Shown: positions 22,909 through 30,857 of the stretch, piece after piece | Layout: the number at the start of each line of letters is the position of its first letter | Numbering within the stretch: the first letter of the stretch is position 1 | Source: a virus | Direction: 5' to 3' (one strand) | Virus record (IMG/VR): IMGVR_UViG_3300022719_000028 | Coordinates: 1 to 59,321 of that record | DNA: 59,321 nt | Notes under the pieces: generated by a model | Database searches by the model: none | What the model saw: the letters and a program-made list of their open reading frames with translations, nothing else | Told to the model about the DNA's origin: nothing | Program-made: the position numbers and the translations under genes

Positions 22909-23775
22909 ATGGCGCAATCGGATTACGGAAGCAAATTGGAAAAAGAAGCGGTTCGGAATTTTTTGAAGAAATGGGCAAAGCGAATCGGCGTTTTGATTGC
23001 CGGGGCGATTGCGGGCGGCGGGGCCGTTGAAGTGAGTCAAAGCGGTTTTGATCCGGGGCAATACTTCCAAGCGGCCGAAGCCGAAGCCGAACCGGTTGAA
23101 GAATGGGCGCAACCACAAGCGATGATTGCGGGGCCGTCTGAAATTGACGCGGGCCGGTTGTTGACTTTGAGCGCCGAAGATTCAATTGGCGATTCGGTTC
23201 AATGGGATCCGATCAACTTGCCGAATCCAACGGATTTCAAAGTTTGCGGGCGGGAATTGATTTGCGCGATTGATAGGCCGGGAACATACGAATTCAGGCT
23301 TTGGGCGTCGAATTGCAAAGATGGGAAGCCGATCTTTGATAAGGCAACGCATACGGTTCGCGTTGGCGGCAACGAACCGGACGAACCAACGAAACCGGAT
23401 GAACCAACGAAGCCGGAACCGGATGAACCGGACGAACCAACGAAGCCGGAACCGCCGGCCCGCTATGGCTTGGCGGAATACGTTCGCGGGTTGGCTGAAA
23501 CGGTCGATAAAAAAGAACGCGGGCGGGCGGGCGAAGTTGCCGATGTTTTTGAATTGGCGGCCGATGGGAACCATTCGACACCGCAAGCGCTCGTTTCCGC
23601 AACGCTGGAAGGCTTGCGTTCAACTCTCGGAAGCGATGTTGATGAATGGCGGGATTGGTACGCGGCAACGGCGAAGCGATTGGATGAACTGGAAGCGGCC
23701 GGAAAAATGGTTTCAATGAATGACTTCCGGCAAGCTTGGAAAGAAATTGCAAACGGTTTGAATTCTCTTAACTGA
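22909..23775 (+). CDS. membrane-anchored protein with Ig/PKD-like segment and EPDEPTKP repeats
   Basis: TM IGVLIAGAIAGGGAV. The repeat EPDEPTKPDEPTKPEPDEPDEPTKPEPP is encoded around 23380-23460. Confidence 0.5.
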   Translation: MAQSDYGSKLEKEAVRNFLKKWAKRIGVLIAGAIAGGGAVEVSQSGFDPGQYFQAAEAEAEPVEEWAQPQAMIAGPSEIDAGRLLTLSAEDSIGDSVQWDPINLPNPTDFKVCGRELICAIDRPGTYEFRLWASNCKDGKPIFDKATHTVRVGGNEPDEPTKPDEPTKPEPDEPDEPTKPEPPARYGLAEYVRGLAETVDKKERGRAGEVADVFELAADGNHSTPQALVSATLEGLRSTLGSDVDEWRDWYAATAKRLDELEAAGKMVSMNDFRQAWKEIANGLNSLN

Positions 23776-23786
23776 AAGGCGCGATT

Positions 23787-24683
23787 GTGTCAGTTGAGCA
23801 AATCATCAAAGAAACGGATGCCGAAGTTTCGCTTTTTGATATGGTTCGGTTTTTATACCGATATGGATATTTCAACGGAATCATTGACGGTTTGAAAAGC
23901 AAATCGTTTGATGATGTTGTGAAGTTCGTTCGGAAGCAAATGCCCGAATTCAAAGAGGGAATCAAACGCTTTCAATCGTTCTACAATTTGACGGTTGATG
24001 CCGATCCGGGGCCGCAAACGCAACGGGCGATGATGGAACCGCGATGCGGTTGCCCGGATATCATACCGGAAGGCGCGGAAGCGGCGGGCCGTTGCCGTTG
24101 GCCGATTGAAAAGATGCAAGGCGTTTCGTATTCCTGCAACTTTGATGAACTCAATATTTCAACGGCCGAAGCAACCAAGATCTTTCAAGATGCGGCGGAA
24201 GCTTGGAACAAAGTTTGTAACATTCAATTGCGCTACGTCAATCAATACGGAAGCGCGAACATCAATGCGGAAACCGCGCGGATTGATTCACGCGGCGGAA
24301 CGTTGGCTTGGTCATATTTGCCTTGTCAGAACTCGGCAACGCAACGGCTTCAACAACGATATGACACGCGGGAAAATTGGAACTATCGGTTTTTGTTGGC
24401 CGTTGCCATTCACGAACTAGGGCATGCGCTCGGCTGGAATCATGCGAACACGCGGGCAAGTATTCTTTGGCCGTCATATCAAAGCAACATTTGGGAACCG
24501 CAAAAATTTGATATCGCGCGGGCCGAAGATACTTACGGCAAGCCGATCATTCCGGAACCGAAGCCGGATCCGAAACCGGATGATCCGAACGTTCCAAGCG
24601 CGGAAGGCATCATCAACTTTAGAATCAACGGGCGAACGTTCCCGATGAAACTTGTTTCTGTTACTGATAAAGGGAGTCTTTGA
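23787..24683 (+). CDS. matrixin (M10, MMP-like) zinc metalloprotease with PG-binding-like prodomain and cysteine switch
   Basis: GTG start after GAAAGGCGCGATT. PGPQTQRAMMEPRCGCPD (cysteine switch, 24039-24059). HELGHALGWNH (HExxHxxGxxH, 24411-24443). SILWPSY at the Met-turn position. Confidence 0.8.
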   Translation: MSVEQIIKETDAEVSLFDMVRFLYRYGYFNGIIDGLKSKSFDDVVKFVRKQMPEFKEGIKRFQSFYNLTVDADPGPQTQRAMMEPRCGCPDIIPEGAEAAGRCRWPIEKMQGVSYSCNFDELNISTAEATKIFQDAAEAWNKVCNIQLRYVNQYGSANINAETARIDSRGGTLAWSYLPCQNSATQRLQQRYDTRENWNYRFLLAVAIHELGHALGWNHANTRASILWPSYQSNIWEPQKFDIARAEDTYGKPIIPEPKPDPKPDDPNVPSAEGIINFRINGRTFPMKLVSVTDKGSL

Positions 24684-24684
24684 A

Positions 24685-25497
24685 ATGCGATGGTTTTACT
24701 ATCATTCGAAATTTGTTTTGGCGGCATCGATCTTTTTGGTTTGTTCCGTTGCATCGGCAACGAACTTCGGAACGCTTCAAGATGTGGACTTCGGCGAATT
24801 GAGTTCGCCGGCAATGGCGAACGTTGACTTCTCGGAACTTTCGTTTGAAGATCTTTCGGCCGATGCGCAACCGACACCGCATGCGGAAGTTCATCGAATT
24901 CTTTCCGAACTGAGATTGAAGCCGGGCGAAACGTTCGTTGATTACGGATGCGGATACGATGCCCGGTTTTGTATCGCGGCGGCTTCGCTTTATGGCGTTG
25001 ACGCAATCGGCGTTGAAATCGATCCGGGCCGGGCGGAATCGGCAAAGCGGCGGGTTGCGGCGCTTGGCTTGTCCGATAAGGTTACGATCATTGAAGGCGA
25101 TGCAACGGCGGTTGATGTGGATGCCGATGTTGGCGTTGCGTATTTATGGCCGGAAACTTTGAAGGCGTTACGGCCGAAACTCGAAAGGCTGGATCGGTTC
25201 GCTTCGGTCAATCATCGCGTTCCCGGTTTGGAAATGAAACCGAACGGCGATGCGTTCGTTTGGACGAAGCCGGAAGATCCGCCGGAACTGCAAACGGTTT
25301 CGATTCCGTTTCCAGAATACGCAAGTTATTCCGCGCCGGTTTGCAACAAAGCGAATTGTTCGATGTGCAATAAAATCCGGGCGAACAACGCGGCAAGGCA
25401 ACGGGCAACCGAACCGGAAAAACAGAAATCCGGCGGGCGTTGGGTGAACTACTATTGCAACGGCCGCGTTTGCCGGCGGGCTTGGGTGGCAAATTAG
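24685..25497 (+). CDS. class I SAM-dependent methyltransferase with N-terminal signal/anchor and Cys-rich C-terminus
   Basis: MRWFYYHSKFVLAASIFLVCSVASA hydrophobic N-terminus. FVDYGCGYDARF..GVEID..IIEGDA SAM motifs. C-terminal CNKANCSMCNK ... YYCNGRVCRR. Confidence 0.6.
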   Translation: MRWFYYHSKFVLAASIFLVCSVASATNFGTLQDVDFGELSSPAMANVDFSELSFEDLSADAQPTPHAEVHRILSELRLKPGETFVDYGCGYDARFCIAAASLYGVDAIGVEIDPGRAESAKRRVAALGLSDKVTIIEGDATAVDVDADVGVAYLWPETLKALRPKLERLDRFASVNHRVPGLEMKPNGDAFVWTKPEDPPELQTVSIPFPEYASYSAPVCNKANCSMCNKIRANNAARQRATEPEKQKSGGRWVNYYCNGRVCRRAWVAN

Positions 25498-25550
25498 ATA
25501 TTGCGAACTCATTCAAGAAACGTTTGAATGAATCAACCGGAAGTTGAACG

Positions 25551-25578
25551 GGCGGCCCGGAAACGGGCCGTTTTTTAT
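25551..25578 (+). terminator. intrinsic terminator
   Basis: CGGCCCG 25551-25557, GAAA loop, CGGGCCG 25562-25568, then TTTTTTATTT. Confidence 0.75.
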
Positions 25579-25602
25579 TTACCTTTTGAAAGGCGCAAGA
25601 AA

Positions 25603-26040
25603 ATGAACAGGGAATTTGAATTGAACCGATTGGAACTGAAACAAAACTCGAATCCGGTTGTTTCCGAATTCGCGAAACGCATTGATGACAATCTTGCGGC
25701 CGTTGATTACTCCGGGCCGTCAATGTTGTTCGGTCAAGATCTCATTGCGTTGATGATGGAACTTTTGCTTTCGGTTTTGGAAGGCTGCATTTCGCAACGC
25801 TCGAAACCGGAAATGATCGAATCAATGAAAGCGCCTTCAATCTGGCAACGGATGTTGTTACGGCGAAGAATGAAGCGCGAATTGTACGGCGGAAATAAAC
25901 GCTTTGAATCATTGGACGGCGAAGGCGTTTATCAGGCTTTCATGAAGACAACGGCGGAAGCCGAACCGAACGAACTTTCAGAATTGATTGATTACGTTGA
26001 AGGCGAATCAATTCCGGATGTTGATTTTGGTTCGCTTTGA
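25603..26040 (+). CDS. hypothetical protein (145 aa)
   Basis: GAAAGGCGCAAGAAA-ATG. The longer ORF from 25528 would read through the terminator. Confidence 0.55.
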   Translation: MNREFELNRLELKQNSNPVVSEFAKRIDDNLAAVDYSGPSMLFGQDLIALMMELLLSVLEGCISQRSKPEMIESMKAPSIWQRMLLRRRMKRELYGGNKRFESLDGEGVYQAFMKTTAEAEPNELSELIDYVEGESIPDVDFGSL

Positions 26041-26058
26041 TGAACGAAAGGATCCCGG

Positions 26059-26316
26059 ATGAATAGCAAAAACCGCGAATACGTTGTTACGGTTGCAACA
26101 TCAACCGGCGGCCGTGATGAATCGATTGATCATCATTCGCCGAACGGCGCGGCGCATATGGCGCAACGGCTATTTCCGGGATCCGTTATTCTTGACGTTC
26201 GGACGCGATGGAAAGTCATTGGAGATTGCGAGAAATGCGGGGCCGTCATTCTCGACAACGAAAACTTCAAAGAAATTTCAAACGATCTTTTTGAATGTGA
26301 AAGTTGCAAGGCATGA
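26059..26316 (+). CDS. hypothetical protein (85 aa) with C-terminal CxxC...CxxC
   Basis: GAAAGGATCCCGG-ATG. CEKCG ... CESC. Confidence 0.5.
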   Translation: MNSKNREYVVTVATSTGGRDESIDHHSPNGAAHMAQRLFPGSVILDVRTRWKVIGDCEKCGAVILDNENFKEISNDLFECESCKA

Positions 26317-26684
26317 ACGAACCGAATAACGAAATCGGTTTGCCGAACGAAATGCGGGAACGCATCGAAGCGCAAGGCATGGAAGTTCCGGCGGGCGTTG
26401 ATTTGTTTCAACTCGCGCGGAAGATCAACAAAGGCGAAGTTGATCCGGGCAACGCTTGCATCCGTTTTGACGATGAATCGCTTGGTCGGCATTCATACGA
26501 AATAACGGTTCAAGCTTCGCGAAAAGCGCCGGGGCCGGGCGTTCGGCCGGATTACCGATTCCCACCGGGAAGCGCGGCGGAATATATCAATCAAACGAAC
26601 AAACAGTTCGGCGGCGTTCTACCGGGTTCACCCTCGGAAAAAGTGATTTCAGAAAAAACAAAAAAAGTTTGCAGAAAACATTGA
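26304..26684 (+). CDS. hypothetical protein (126 aa)
   Basis: Overlaps the upstream gene by 13 nt. Its stop lies inside the -35 of cassette 6. Confidence 0.5.
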   Translation: MQGMNEPNNEIGLPNEMRERIEAQGMEVPAGVDLFQLARKINKGEVDPGNACIRFDDESLGRHSYEITVQASRKAPGPGVRPDYRFPPGSAAEYINQTNKQFGGVLPGSPSEKVISEKTKKVCRKH

Positions 26685-26768
26685 CGGACGGCCGATAAGT
26701 GATATCATATAAACATCGACGGAAGGCAAGGCCGTCAAGAACGAAACTCAAAACAAAGGCACGGAATC
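26681..26768 (+). promoter_or_regulatory. early promoter/leader cassette, copy 6
   Basis: TTGACG 26681-26686. TATCAT 26703-26708 (TGATATCA 26700-26707). Hairpin GACGG/CCGTC 26718-26736 with loop AAGGCAAGG. The distal dyad is absent. Confidence 0.65.
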
Positions 26769-26969
26769 ATGATCGTTACGGCAAAAGCAAAGAATAAAGC
26801 GGAAACTCGCAAGGTTGTTCAATGGTGCGAAAAGTTCGCGGCGGTTGCATGCGGGCGATTGCATCGCGGATATTGCACGGTTCACTTTTCAAGCGCTCCG
26901 GCGTATGCACGGCAAGAAATGCTTGAAGCATACGAAGCCGATGGAATACCGGTTATTTCAATCGACTGA
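26769..26969 (+). CDS. hypothetical early protein (66 aa)
   Basis: AAAGGCACGGAATC-ATG. Terminator follows. Confidence 0.6.
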   Translation: MIVTAKAKNKAETRKVVQWCEKFAAVACGRLHRGYCTVHFSSAPAYARQEMLEAYEADGIPVISID

Positions 26970-26975
26970 AACAAC

Positions 26976-27009
26976 GCGGGCCGTCAAGCCGGCGGCCCGT
27001 TTTTTTTTC
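26976..27009 (+). terminator. intrinsic terminator
   Basis: GGGCCG 26978-26983 / CGGCCC 26993-26998, then T9. Near-identical to 2885-2916. Confidence 0.75.
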
Positions 27010-27029
27010 TTCAACTGAAAGGCAAGGCA

Positions 27030-27245
27030 ATGATCATTCACAGTGAACAGGCAAGCGGCAAATGCGATTCATGCGGCAAAGGCAACGCAACGCTTGGTTG
27101 CGTAGCGCAAGGCGCAACGGGCCGTTGGTGCGAAGTGATGTGGATTTGCGAAGATTGCGGCCCGGAAGATCCGGCGGCAATCAAAACCGCAAAAGAGGCG
27201 CGGGCGGAAATTGAGGCATCCGGGAACGGTTGGCCGGAATTTTAA
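27030..27245 (+). CDS. Cys-rich small protein (71 aa)
   Basis: CDSCGK ... C ... C ... CEDC. RBS GAAAGGCAAGGCA-ATG. Confidence 0.55.
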   Translation: MIIHSEQASGKCDSCGKGNATLGCVAQGATGRWCEVMWICEDCGPEDPAAIKTAKEARAEIEASGNGWPEF

Positions 27246-27272
27246 TTGATTTCAGATTTTTTTTGAAAATGA

Positions 27273-27378
27273 GTGAATTCACATTGACGGCGGGCCGATA
27301 AGTGATATCATTAAAAATGTAAGGCGAACGGCAAGGCGATTCGCCAACAATCAAAACTTTTTTGAAAGGCACGGAACT
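27273..27378 (+). promoter_or_regulatory. early promoter/operator/leader cassette, copy 7
   Basis: TGAATTCA 27274-27281. TTGACG 27284-27289. TATCAT 27306-27311. Hairpin GGCGAA/TTCGCC 27323-27345 with loop CGGCAAGGCGA. Confidence 0.7.
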
Positions 27379-28272
27379 ATGATTTTTTCTTCAATTGCAA
27401 CTGACACTCGCGAAGCTTTGGAAACGGCTTTCCCTTTTTCGGTTGACAAGTTTCCGGTTTCATTCCCGGAAGGCATCAAAGCGCCGTTTTACGGTTTGCT
27501 TCGATCTGACGGCGTTCCCGTTGGCAAATCATCCGTTGGGGCCGGCTATCATCCGCATACTTTGGAAGATGTTGCGGCGTTGGTCGAATCGGCAAAATCG
27601 GCGTTCGCGGATGTTGAAGGCGAAACGCAATTTGAATTCGAATGCTTTTGGAATGATGGGCATGTTGTGAACTTGCAACCGGGCGCAGAGTATCGCCGGG
27701 AAGTTGCCCGCAACGATTTGATTTATCCGAAGCTTTCGATTTCCGCCGGATATGACGGTTCGCCGTTCGTTGGAACTCTCGGCATGTTCCGGGAAGCTTG
27801 CGAAAATTTGATGTTCCCGAAAATGGTTTCGGGTACAACCGTTCGGATTAAGCATACGAAATCGATGCCCGAACGGCTGGAAGAATTGAACGCGAAGTTC
27901 CGACGCATGCGGGCCGGTTGGGATGGAATCGTTGCCGAAGCCGAAGAAATGGAACAACGCGAAGTTCGCGTTTCTGAAATCCTCCAAGCCGTTTACGGCG
28001 ATATTCCGGAAGGGGCGTCAAAAACGGTTGCGAAAAATCATACCGAACGAACGAAAGAAATCGTTCAACGGATGTTTGAAGAGCGCGACCGATTAGGCCG
28101 GCGGGATATGGGGAAAGATAAGGCAACCGGTTGGGAGTTGTTCAACGCAATTCAAGGTTACGAACAACATGATCGGCGGCGCAACTCGAATCCATCCGAT
28201 TTTGAACGGGCCGTTCTTGCGGCTGGCGAAGATTCGGTTCGCGATGCCGAACGGTTGATTCTGGCAAGCTGA
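27379..28272 (+). CDS. DUF932/DUF945-family protein (phage/plasmid-associated)
   Basis: Size and motifs (GYHPHTLEDV, FECFWNDGHVV, VRIKHTKSM) match my memory of the DUF932 family. Not verified by search. Confidence 0.6.
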   Translation: MIFSSIATDTREALETAFPFSVDKFPVSFPEGIKAPFYGLLRSDGVPVGKSSVGAGYHPHTLEDVAALVESAKSAFADVEGETQFEFECFWNDGHVVNLQPGAEYRREVARNDLIYPKLSISAGYDGSPFVGTLGMFREACENLMFPKMVSGTTVRIKHTKSMPERLEELNAKFRRMRAGWDGIVAEAEEMEQREVRVSEILQAVYGDIPEGASKTVAKNHTERTKEIVQRMFEERDRLGRRDMGKDKATGWELFNAIQGYEQHDRRRNSNPSDFERAVLAAGEDSVRDAERLILAS

Positions 28273-28280
28273 CAACCAAC

Positions 28281-28320
28281 GCGGGCCGGCGATGTTGCCG
28301 GCCCGTTTCTTTTTATTTTT
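28281..28320 (+). terminator. intrinsic terminator
   Basis: GGGCCGGC 28283-28290 / GCCGGCCC 28297-28304, then TTTCTTTTTATTTTTT. Confidence 0.8.
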
Positions 28321-28336
28321 TGCGAAAGGCTGGCAA

Positions 28337-28540
28337 ATGTTTAACGTGAATGCTGACGGGAAAGAAGTTGATTGCGATTTGATTGCCGGGTTGTTGGGTC
28401 AATTGATCGAAGCTTCAAACGAACTTTCCGTTCTCTCGGAAACGATTGAACTGGACGAAGCGGCGAAGCGAACGTTTCAACAAACGGCGAATCTTGTGAT
28501 CGATAACTTGGCAAACGTTGAAGGGAATTTGAACGGATGA
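28337..28540 (+). CDS. hypothetical protein (67 aa)
   Basis: GAAAGGCTGGCAA-ATG. The longer ORF from 28292 includes the terminator T-run. Confidence 0.55.
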   Translation: MFNVNADGKEVDCDLIAGLLGQLIEASNELSVLSETIELDEAAKRTFQQTANLVIDNLANVEGNLNG

Positions 28541-28965
28541 AGTTGATTCAAGAACTCGGAATTCGATTAAAGCGGGTTGCGGGAACGATGGATCCGAATC
28601 ATCCGGGCTGGAACGATTTAACTTCGGCATGGGCGATTTATCAAAAGTTGGCGGATGAATCGCCTTGCCGAATCGATTCAAAAAGGGATCTTGAAATGAA
28701 TACGCGGCTTCGATGTCAATTTGAATGGGTCAAAAGCGAATGCGATGCCGATGAATTCGTGATTCGCGATATTGGCCCGCACAACGTTTTCTTGACGGTC
28801 ACGAATGACGTTGAAGCCGTTGTTCGGTATTTGATCGAACTCGGCGAAATCGGCGATTCAAAGCCGGGCCGGCGTTTGTTCTATTACGATTCGGAAGGGT
28901 ATCGCGACGAAATCAACTTTTCGGGCGATGGGACGTTTTTAGGTTTTACAGTAGGGGAACGATAA
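28537..28965 (+). CDS. hypothetical protein (142 aa)
   Basis: ATGA start/stop overlap. Confidence 0.5.
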   Translation: MKLIQELGIRLKRVAGTMDPNHPGWNDLTSAWAIYQKLADESPCRIDSKRDLEMNTRLRCQFEWVKSECDADEFVIRDIGPHNVFLTVTNDVEAVVRYLIELGEIGDSKPGRRLFYYDSEGYRDEINFSGDGTFLGFTVGER

Positions 28966-28966
28966 G

Positions 28967-29608
28967 ATGAAAAAGATGATCTTGTTTTTTTGTTTGTTGC
29001 CGGCAATTTGTTCGGCTGAATTGAAACCGGATGATTTCGAAAGCCGGGCAACCGGGCGTTCGGTTCGCGAGTATTTGCGGGCGAAGCAAAAAGCGGCGGA
29101 TGATTTTACCGACGCGAAAGATAAGGCGGCCGAATCTTACGAAGCCGAAGTTCAAAAATTGCGGGCCGAACTTTTGGCCGATCTTCGAAAGCATTTGAAA
29201 GCGGCGATTGAAAAAGATGAATTGAAAGAATCGCTTCGGCTTCAAATGGCAATCGCGAAGCTTGAAGAAAACAACGTTGAACCGCCAACGGGGCAAGAGT
29301 TCTTGCAAGGCGTTTGGGAAATCAATTGGTTGAATCATCCGTCAAGTTGTTTTCAATCATTCCAGCAATCCGGGCGGGGCATGTTGATCGAACGCCGGCA
29401 AAGCATGAACGGCGAAACGCTTCAAAAAGGGCCGGCGATAATGGTTCAAGGCAAAGTTGCGTTCAAGTATTTGAAAGGGGCGCGGCTTGACGTTTACACT
29501 CCAACATCTGACGGCCGGCTTTATGTTGAACAATGGGATCTCTCCATCGATAAGGCGGCAACCGGAAAGCCGATGATTCACGGCATCGCGAAAAAGGTAA
29601 AGCAATGA
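28967..29608 (+). CDS. secreted protein (signal peptide) of unknown function
   Basis: MKKMILFFCLLPAICSA-ELK is a signal-peptide-like N-terminus. AGGGGA RBS. Confidence 0.55.
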   Translation: MKKMILFFCLLPAICSAELKPDDFESRATGRSVREYLRAKQKAADDFTDAKDKAAESYEAEVQKLRAELLADLRKHLKAAIEKDELKESLRLQMAIAKLEENNVEPPTGQEFLQGVWEINWLNHPSSCFQSFQQSGRGMLIERRQSMNGETLQKGPAIMVQGKVAFKYLKGARLDVYTPTSDGRLYVEQWDLSIDKAATGKPMIHGIAKKVKQ

Positions 29609-29964
29609 AAAATGTTGACGGCTTCGGCATACAGTTCGGCGGCAAAGTTGTCGATGTTCTGGACGGCGACACAATCGAAATTGAAGTGAAGCGAAAAGTT
29701 CGCGTTCGGCTTCTCGATTGTTGGGCGGCTGAAACAAGAACAACGGATCCGGAAGAAAAGAAACGCGGGATGCAAGCGAAAGATTTCATGAAGGAATTGG
29801 CGCTTGGAAATGATGCGGTTGTTTTCGTTCCGATTGAAGGCGATGCCCGGTTTGGTCAATCGCTTTCGTTCGGGCGGGTTCTCGGATTCGTTGAAGTGAA
29901 CGGCGCGGATTTGTCGGAAGCGATGGTTGCGGCTGGAATGGCAACGGAAGAAAAGCGGGATTGA
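29605..29964 (+). CDS. staphylococcal-nuclease (SNase/thermonuclease)-like nuclease
   Basis: VVDVLDGDTIEIEV...VRVRLLDCWAAE ... FGRVLGFVEVNGADLSEAMVAAGMA follows the SNase pattern DGDT..vRL.gidaPE..ygR.la.v..g.d....lv..G.A. Confidence 0.7.
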   Translation: MKNVDGFGIQFGGKVVDVLDGDTIEIEVKRKVRVRLLDCWAAETRTTDPEEKKRGMQAKDFMKELALGNDAVVFVPIEGDARFGQSLSFGRVLGFVEVNGADLSEAMVAAGMATEEKRD

Positions 29965-30027
29965 TTTGTTTCGCGCGTTGTTGTGCAATCCGAACGCATC
30001 ATTGTTTTACTTGGAGAGATTTTAGAA

Positions 30028-30345
30028 ATGGATTTCAACATGATTTTCGCGCCGATGTTCTGGTTTCTTTGCGGGGCGTTTTTCACGGTTTCGGTTTTGG
30101 GAACAACTTATTTTTTTCGCGTTTGGCAATTACGAAAGCGGGCTGAAACAGTTGAAGGCGTTTCGAGAATCGACGGAACGCGATACTTGAAAATTATTAT
30201 CAATCCGGCGGAACTATCGCACGAAGGCTTGAAAGCGATTGTTCGCGAACTGGAGTTGATCGAACAAAGGGACGGCGCAAAATGTTCGGAAGCGATGCGG
30301 AAAGATACAAACGATTCAGAGAACGAACGGCGTTCAGACGAATGA
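30028..30345 (+). CDS. small membrane protein
   Basis: TM IFAPMFWFLCGAFFTVSVLG. GGAGAG RBS before ATG 30028. An alternative GTG lies at 29983. Confidence 0.5.
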   Translation: MDFNMIFAPMFWFLCGAFFTVSVLGTTYFFRVWQLRKRAETVEGVSRIDGTRYLKIIINPAELSHEGLKAIVRELELIEQRDGAKCSEAMRKDTNDSENERRSDE

Positions 30346-30746
30346 TGATTCATCCGCGATTTGAAATTGACCGTTGGCAAGTTCAATTTGCGTTCGGTTA
30401 TGTTGTGGAAGAATCGAAACGGCACGCGGGCAAATATCCGATCATTCATTTCGACGGCGGCCCGTTGGACGGCACGGAATTCGTTACGCGGGATGATCAT
30501 AATTATTTCACGTTTCTGGTTTGTGAGGATCCGCCGGGCGTTGAATACGAAAGGCCGAATCATCCGCGTTCGATCTTTCCGCCGGGGTTGTTCGCGGTTT
30601 ATGCGCGGGCGTATCCTCGCGACGAACGGCCGCATATCGGGCGCGTTCCGATGTGGTTTCAAGGCTTGTTTCATTCAACGAATCCGATGATCTTTCAAGA
30701 TGTTCGTTCGCCGTATGCGATGAATCCCGAAAAGTATTTTCAATGA
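30342..30746 (+). CDS. hypothetical protein (134 aa)
   Basis: ATGA overlap with the upstream stop. Confidence 0.5.
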   Translation: MMIHPRFEIDRWQVQFAFGYVVEESKRHAGKYPIIHFDGGPLDGTEFVTRDDHNYFTFLVCEDPPGVEYERPNHPRSIFPPGLFAVYARAYPRDERPHIGRVPMWFQGLFHSTNPMIFQDVRSPYAMNPEKYFQ

Positions 30747-30857
30747 CTCACGCGGGTTCGGCTGGCAAAGTGGAGTTCTAGGCGCGGGAATGGATGCAAG
30801 GCAATGGCGGCCCGCGCGGTCGGCCCGTTTTTATTTTTATGATCGAAAGGCAAAAAG

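Noticed and set aside
25528-25602. N-terminal extension of the 25528-26040 ORF. The same situation applies to 4227, 4339, 20198, 28292, 43504 and 48173.
   Set aside because: The extensions read through terminators or promoter/leader cassettes. An internal ATG with a canonical GAAAGG RBS at the right distance is present in each case.
30782-30838. Terminator after the 30342-30746 gene
   Set aside because: GCGCGGG/CCCGCGC (30782-30788 / 30811-30817) can pair, but the T-run starts about 9 nt after the stem. It is plausible but not clean enough to list as a feature.
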